Shown here: piece after piece, positions 61,089 through 64,000 of the stretch
How the letters are laid out: every line of letters starts with the position of its first letter
Numbering within the stretch: position 1 is the stretch's first letter
Assembly: GCF_036321535.1 (NCBI RefSeq)
Contig: NC_087443.1
Location: 60,760,001 to 60,824,000, forward strand
Direction of reading: 5' to 3'
Source of the DNA: Camelus dromedarius
Taxonomy: Eukaryota
Length of the DNA stretch: 64,000 nt
Position numbers and translations under genes: made by a program
Notes under the pieces: model-generated
The model's input: only the letters and a program-made list of their open reading frames with translations
What the model was told of the DNA's origin: nothing
Database searches by the model: none

Positions 61089-62599
61089 TACCTCAATAAA
61101 AAAAGAAAAAAAATGAATGAAATAAAACTAAACAAATCAGCCCAGATAAATCTCCATGAGATTCTGGTGAGAAAAAACAATGCAAGTTGCAGAAGGATAT
61201 TTACAACATATAACATATAAATATTAAGATAATACTACTATACATAATACACATCTAGGTATTAAAATGGACGGGAAGGAACTTCAGGAGAGTGGTAACC
61301 CCTGGTGAAAGAGAGGAACCAGAAGGTTCTATAACTGTAGTAACACACATCTTTTAAAAAGGCACTGAATGTGGTAAAATGCTAATATTTGTTAAAACTG
61401 GGTGTTGAGAACTTATTTTTCATATTCTCTGTACTGTGAAGTATGTTTTAAATATTCATGATTTGTAAATAATTTATTTTAAATGAAAATGTAAAAATCA
61501 CTCAGTGGCGACAATGAATGTGCTTTGAGGAGCACAGAAATCAGAAGTTGGTGGTTATGGATGTCAGTTCCAGTTTTATATCAGTGTCAGCAATCTATTT
61601 TTATATTTTATTGTTGTTGCACAGCATCAAGTGATTCTTGATTGACACGAAGACAGTCCTTGCAAACACAGTCTTTAAGCAGCATGCCTTACAGTCTTCT
61701 GACACTTTTCAATGAAACTGATCCAGAAACTTGAAAGAAGGATAATAGGAATTTTCCGTTTCAAAGTTGTATTACTAATAATATCTAACAACTGCTCACA
61801 TTCATAAATTGTTTCCATTTCAAGGGGGTCAGTGAAGGATTCCTTTGCTGGCTTTTTACCTTTGTTGTTCAGCAAAAAATACTTTTCAGATACACTTTAT
61901 AACTTTATAAGATATTCAGTGGCGCCATTTAACACATCTGATATCTTAGAGTCTTATTGGACCACATAGCTTGCAAAGTTTCAAGGCAGAAGTATTATTT
62001 TTTTAATATAGAGCCAGGACTTAGTTTTGACTTCATTGCTAACACTTTAAGTTGTTAATACAATAAAATCTCAATACTGCAACACAGTGTTAGCCTGCTC
62101 AGGTTTGTAAGAGGACCAGCTGGAACAGTCAACTTAAGTTTCATTCAGTTAAATAAAAGAAGGAGTTAGCTAACAAAGGGTTTCTTTAACCACATAGAGT
62201 AATATCTTTTCTTACTTGAAATGATCATCTTGCTCTGGCCTGAAAAGTAAAAAGTAAATCCTGGCTCTCACTGCCCATATTATTACAGTGACCCAAAAAT
62301 GTCTGAAAAGTCTTCAATGTGCAGACTGCACCTTAGCATCATCAAAACACCATATATAATGCATTTTAAGATGCTGTCTTCTTGATGATGGCTAATGCTT
62401 GATGTGTGTATCATACGATGAAGGCTTAACCCTGGCACGGGCACAACTTACTAGAAGCCACTACTTCCTCACTTCCCCCCAACGTTGTTTTCTCCCCATC
62501 TGAATGTTACTACTACATTTTTTGCCAGCATTTCCTGGCAGGTTAAAAAAAAAAAAAAAGATCTTACTCTTGTCCTCTTGATAGCTTTTCTGAATGCGT

Positions 62600-62850
62600 A
62601 CACTACAGAGGAGTGCAGTGGGGAGACAGCGTGGGTTAGATTTGGATTCCTGCTTTACCGTTCTTCTTTGTGCAACTTTGAAAGTCGTTTCACACCTTTC
62701 TAAGCTTCAGTTTCTTGTCTGTAAAATGGAGATAGTAATGCTTACTTTTTGGAGTCACTGTCAGGTGAACATGAGATCAGTCGTGTAAAATGGTCAGCAC
62801 AGTGTGTGGGCATGTGATAAATCCTCAGTAAATGTTAGCCATTATTATTA
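62600..62850 (+). mobile_element. MIR inserted in the hAT fossil
   Basis: ctaagcttcagtttcttgtctgtaaaatggagatagtaatg ... cagtaaatgttagccattattatt. Confidence 0.8.
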
Positions 62851-62944
62851 TTATTTACTAAAAAAAGCACCACTTGTTCTCTAGTCCTGCTGGTCTGTAC
62901 AGATCGTATGTAATTTCAATTTTAAAACATCAAGCAAGTTGGAT

Positions 62945-63170
62945 TTGTCCATTCATTCAGTAAGTACTGAGTACAGTCGGGGTTCAGCACCCATGGGCTG
63001 CCTCTACTGGGCCATTTTACATCAAACACTTGATCACCTGAGGATTTTGGTATCAGCCGGGTGTCCTGGAACCAATCCCCCATGGAAGCCGAGGGACAAG
63101 GGTATTTACTCTGCAAATAAGATAGATCAGAGCCCTGTCCTCAAGGAACTTGCATTTCTAGTGTGATTTG
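62945..63170 (-). mobile_element. L2 3' fragment split by the MER2-like MITE
   Basis: ccattcattcagtaagtactgag ... agagccctgtcctcaaggaacttgcatttctagt resembles the reverse-complement L2 tail. Confidence 0.55.
62974..63102 (-). mobile_element. MER2/Tigger2-like short MITE with TA target-site duplication
   Basis: Minus strand gtccctcggcttccatgggggattggttccaggacacccggctgataccaaaatcc resembles the MER2 5' end and finishes ccgactg. Flanked by TA at 62972-62973 and 63103-63104. Confidence 0.72.
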
Positions 63171-63971
63171 TGCACTGGCAAATTTCTCTCTGGACGGAAG
63201 GACAGGGCAGCAGTTCTGGTCCCTCTTTCCCAGCAGCCTGCTCTTTCCATGTTCTTATTGCCTGATTACTAATAGGTCTTATTAATAATAATAGCTCGAG
63301 GTTTCCTAAGCTTTTCCTTAATAATGTATTCTCCTCCTTCGTGTGCAATGTGTTGTTTACATGTGGCACTGTGCATGCATTCTCATCGCCAGACTTCTTT
63401 GCATATGTTTTTACAAAAACATTAGGCTGTTCATTTTCCACGGAATAAAATGGAAAGCCTTGTTTTCATGCTCCACCGTGTTTAGTCTCAAAATGGCATT
63501 GCTGCTTGGCAGGGTCTATAAAACTAATTTGTAAAACCTACTACATATAACATATCTAGGACTTGGGTAATTTTTATTGCCATAAAAGGTGACTTCCCCA
63601 AACAACTAAACAGCAGCATTCTCTCTTGTCTTTGAGTGGCTTGGCTTGAGCATTTTCGGCACATTGTTTGCATCAGCTATTGTCAGTGAGGCTGATGCTT
63701 TGCAAAATTGGTCTATGGTGGATATTTGATATCTTGGTCCTGATCAGACTCATCACACCCAAATTTTCTTCTTAAATGTCCTGTTTTTCACTGGTGAAAT
63801 CCATTCTTAGTTTTAAGGGTAATTGTTTAAGTCCCCTTGAAGAAAATCTTGCATGATATAAGTAACTGGTGAGGTACTCATATCTAATAGCTACAGCAGG
63901 ATGGTGCCTCGCTGAGAAACGCACCATAGATACTAGTCACTGCAGGGCTGACGACTGAGCTATAATACGTG

Positions 63972-63997
63972 CCTGTGGTCACCTGTGGTCACCTGTG
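63972..63997. repeat. 10-bp tandem repeat, 2.6 copies
   Basis: Unit cctgtggtca. Confidence 0.85.
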
Positions 63998-64000
63998 TTC

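Larger units (their letters stand above)
60205..61470 (+). mobile_element. Old LINE-1 3' fragments, interrupted by the MLT1 LTR
   Basis: ccaagagaaattagtatatgtccacc, gagcacatactgtatgattccatttatac; resumes after the LTR with cctcaataaaaaaag. Confidence 0.7.
61502..63620 (-). mobile_element. Fossil hAT (Charlie/Buster-type) DNA transposon, decayed transposase
   Basis: Across frameshifts and stops the minus strand gives a BED finger (VTFYGNKNYPSPRYVICSR / VLQISFIDPAKQQCHFETKH), then HIAHEGGEYIIKEKLRKPRA, CFDDAK...FSDIFGSL, EQLLDIISNTTLKRKIPIILLSSFWI and ATTIKYKNRL..DTDIKLELTSITTNF*FLCSSKHIHCRH*. These are colinear with Buster1/ZBED5-type transposases as I recall them; needs BLASTX confirmation. 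Confidence 0.82.

Noticed and set aside
61502-63620. Domesticated hAT-derived gene (ZBED-like)
   Set aside because: Many stops, frameshifts and nested insertions; it is a fossil, not a coding gene.
52300-64000. Exons of the upstream neighbour STN1/OBFC1
   Set aside because: No STN1-like peptide recognised; the gene probably lies beyond the window.
1-64000. AP-1 (TGASTCA) enrichment
   Set aside because: About a dozen sites noticed, close to chance expectation for 64 kb, and several lie inside repeats.
1-64000. CRISPR arrays, rRNA, or prokaryote-style systems
   Set aside because: Mammalian intronic DNA; the short tandem repeats have no spacers and no such genes are present.

Overview
Mammalian genomic DNA with no Alu, BovB/Bov-A, PRE-1 or SINEC copies that I could see. 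Two short tRNA-derived SINEs resemble the camelid vic-1 type, so the source is probably a camel, alpaca or llama (inference). The window holds the 5' end of SH3PXD2A (Tks5) on the minus strand: a CpG-island promoter, coding exon 1 (51260-51331, MLAYCVQDATVVDVEKRRNPSKHY), a 48.6 kb intron 1 and coding exon 2 (2595-2675, [27 protein letters not shown]). Together these encode the N-terminal part of the PX domain. The rest is intron or upstream intergenic DNA rich in old repeats (MIR, L2, L1, L3/CR1, MaLR LTRs, MER5/MER58/MER2-type DNA elements). Nearly all ORFs in the supplied track are non-coding artefacts, and repeat boundaries are eye estimates. I found no convincing new multi-gene system. Best leads: (1) a 3-codon uORF in frame with the Tks5 start, ending in a leaky-type UGA-C stop whose readthrough would add a polybasic N-terminal extension; (2) a (TTGACC)4 array of tandem nuclear-receptor DR0/ERRE sites about 8 kb upstream; (3) a fossil Buster/Charlie hAT transposase recognisable from its BED finger to its C-terminus, carrying nested MIR, L2 and Tigger-type MITE insertions; (4) several candidate cryptic or poison exons and short duplications that multiply transcription-factor motifs in intron 1.
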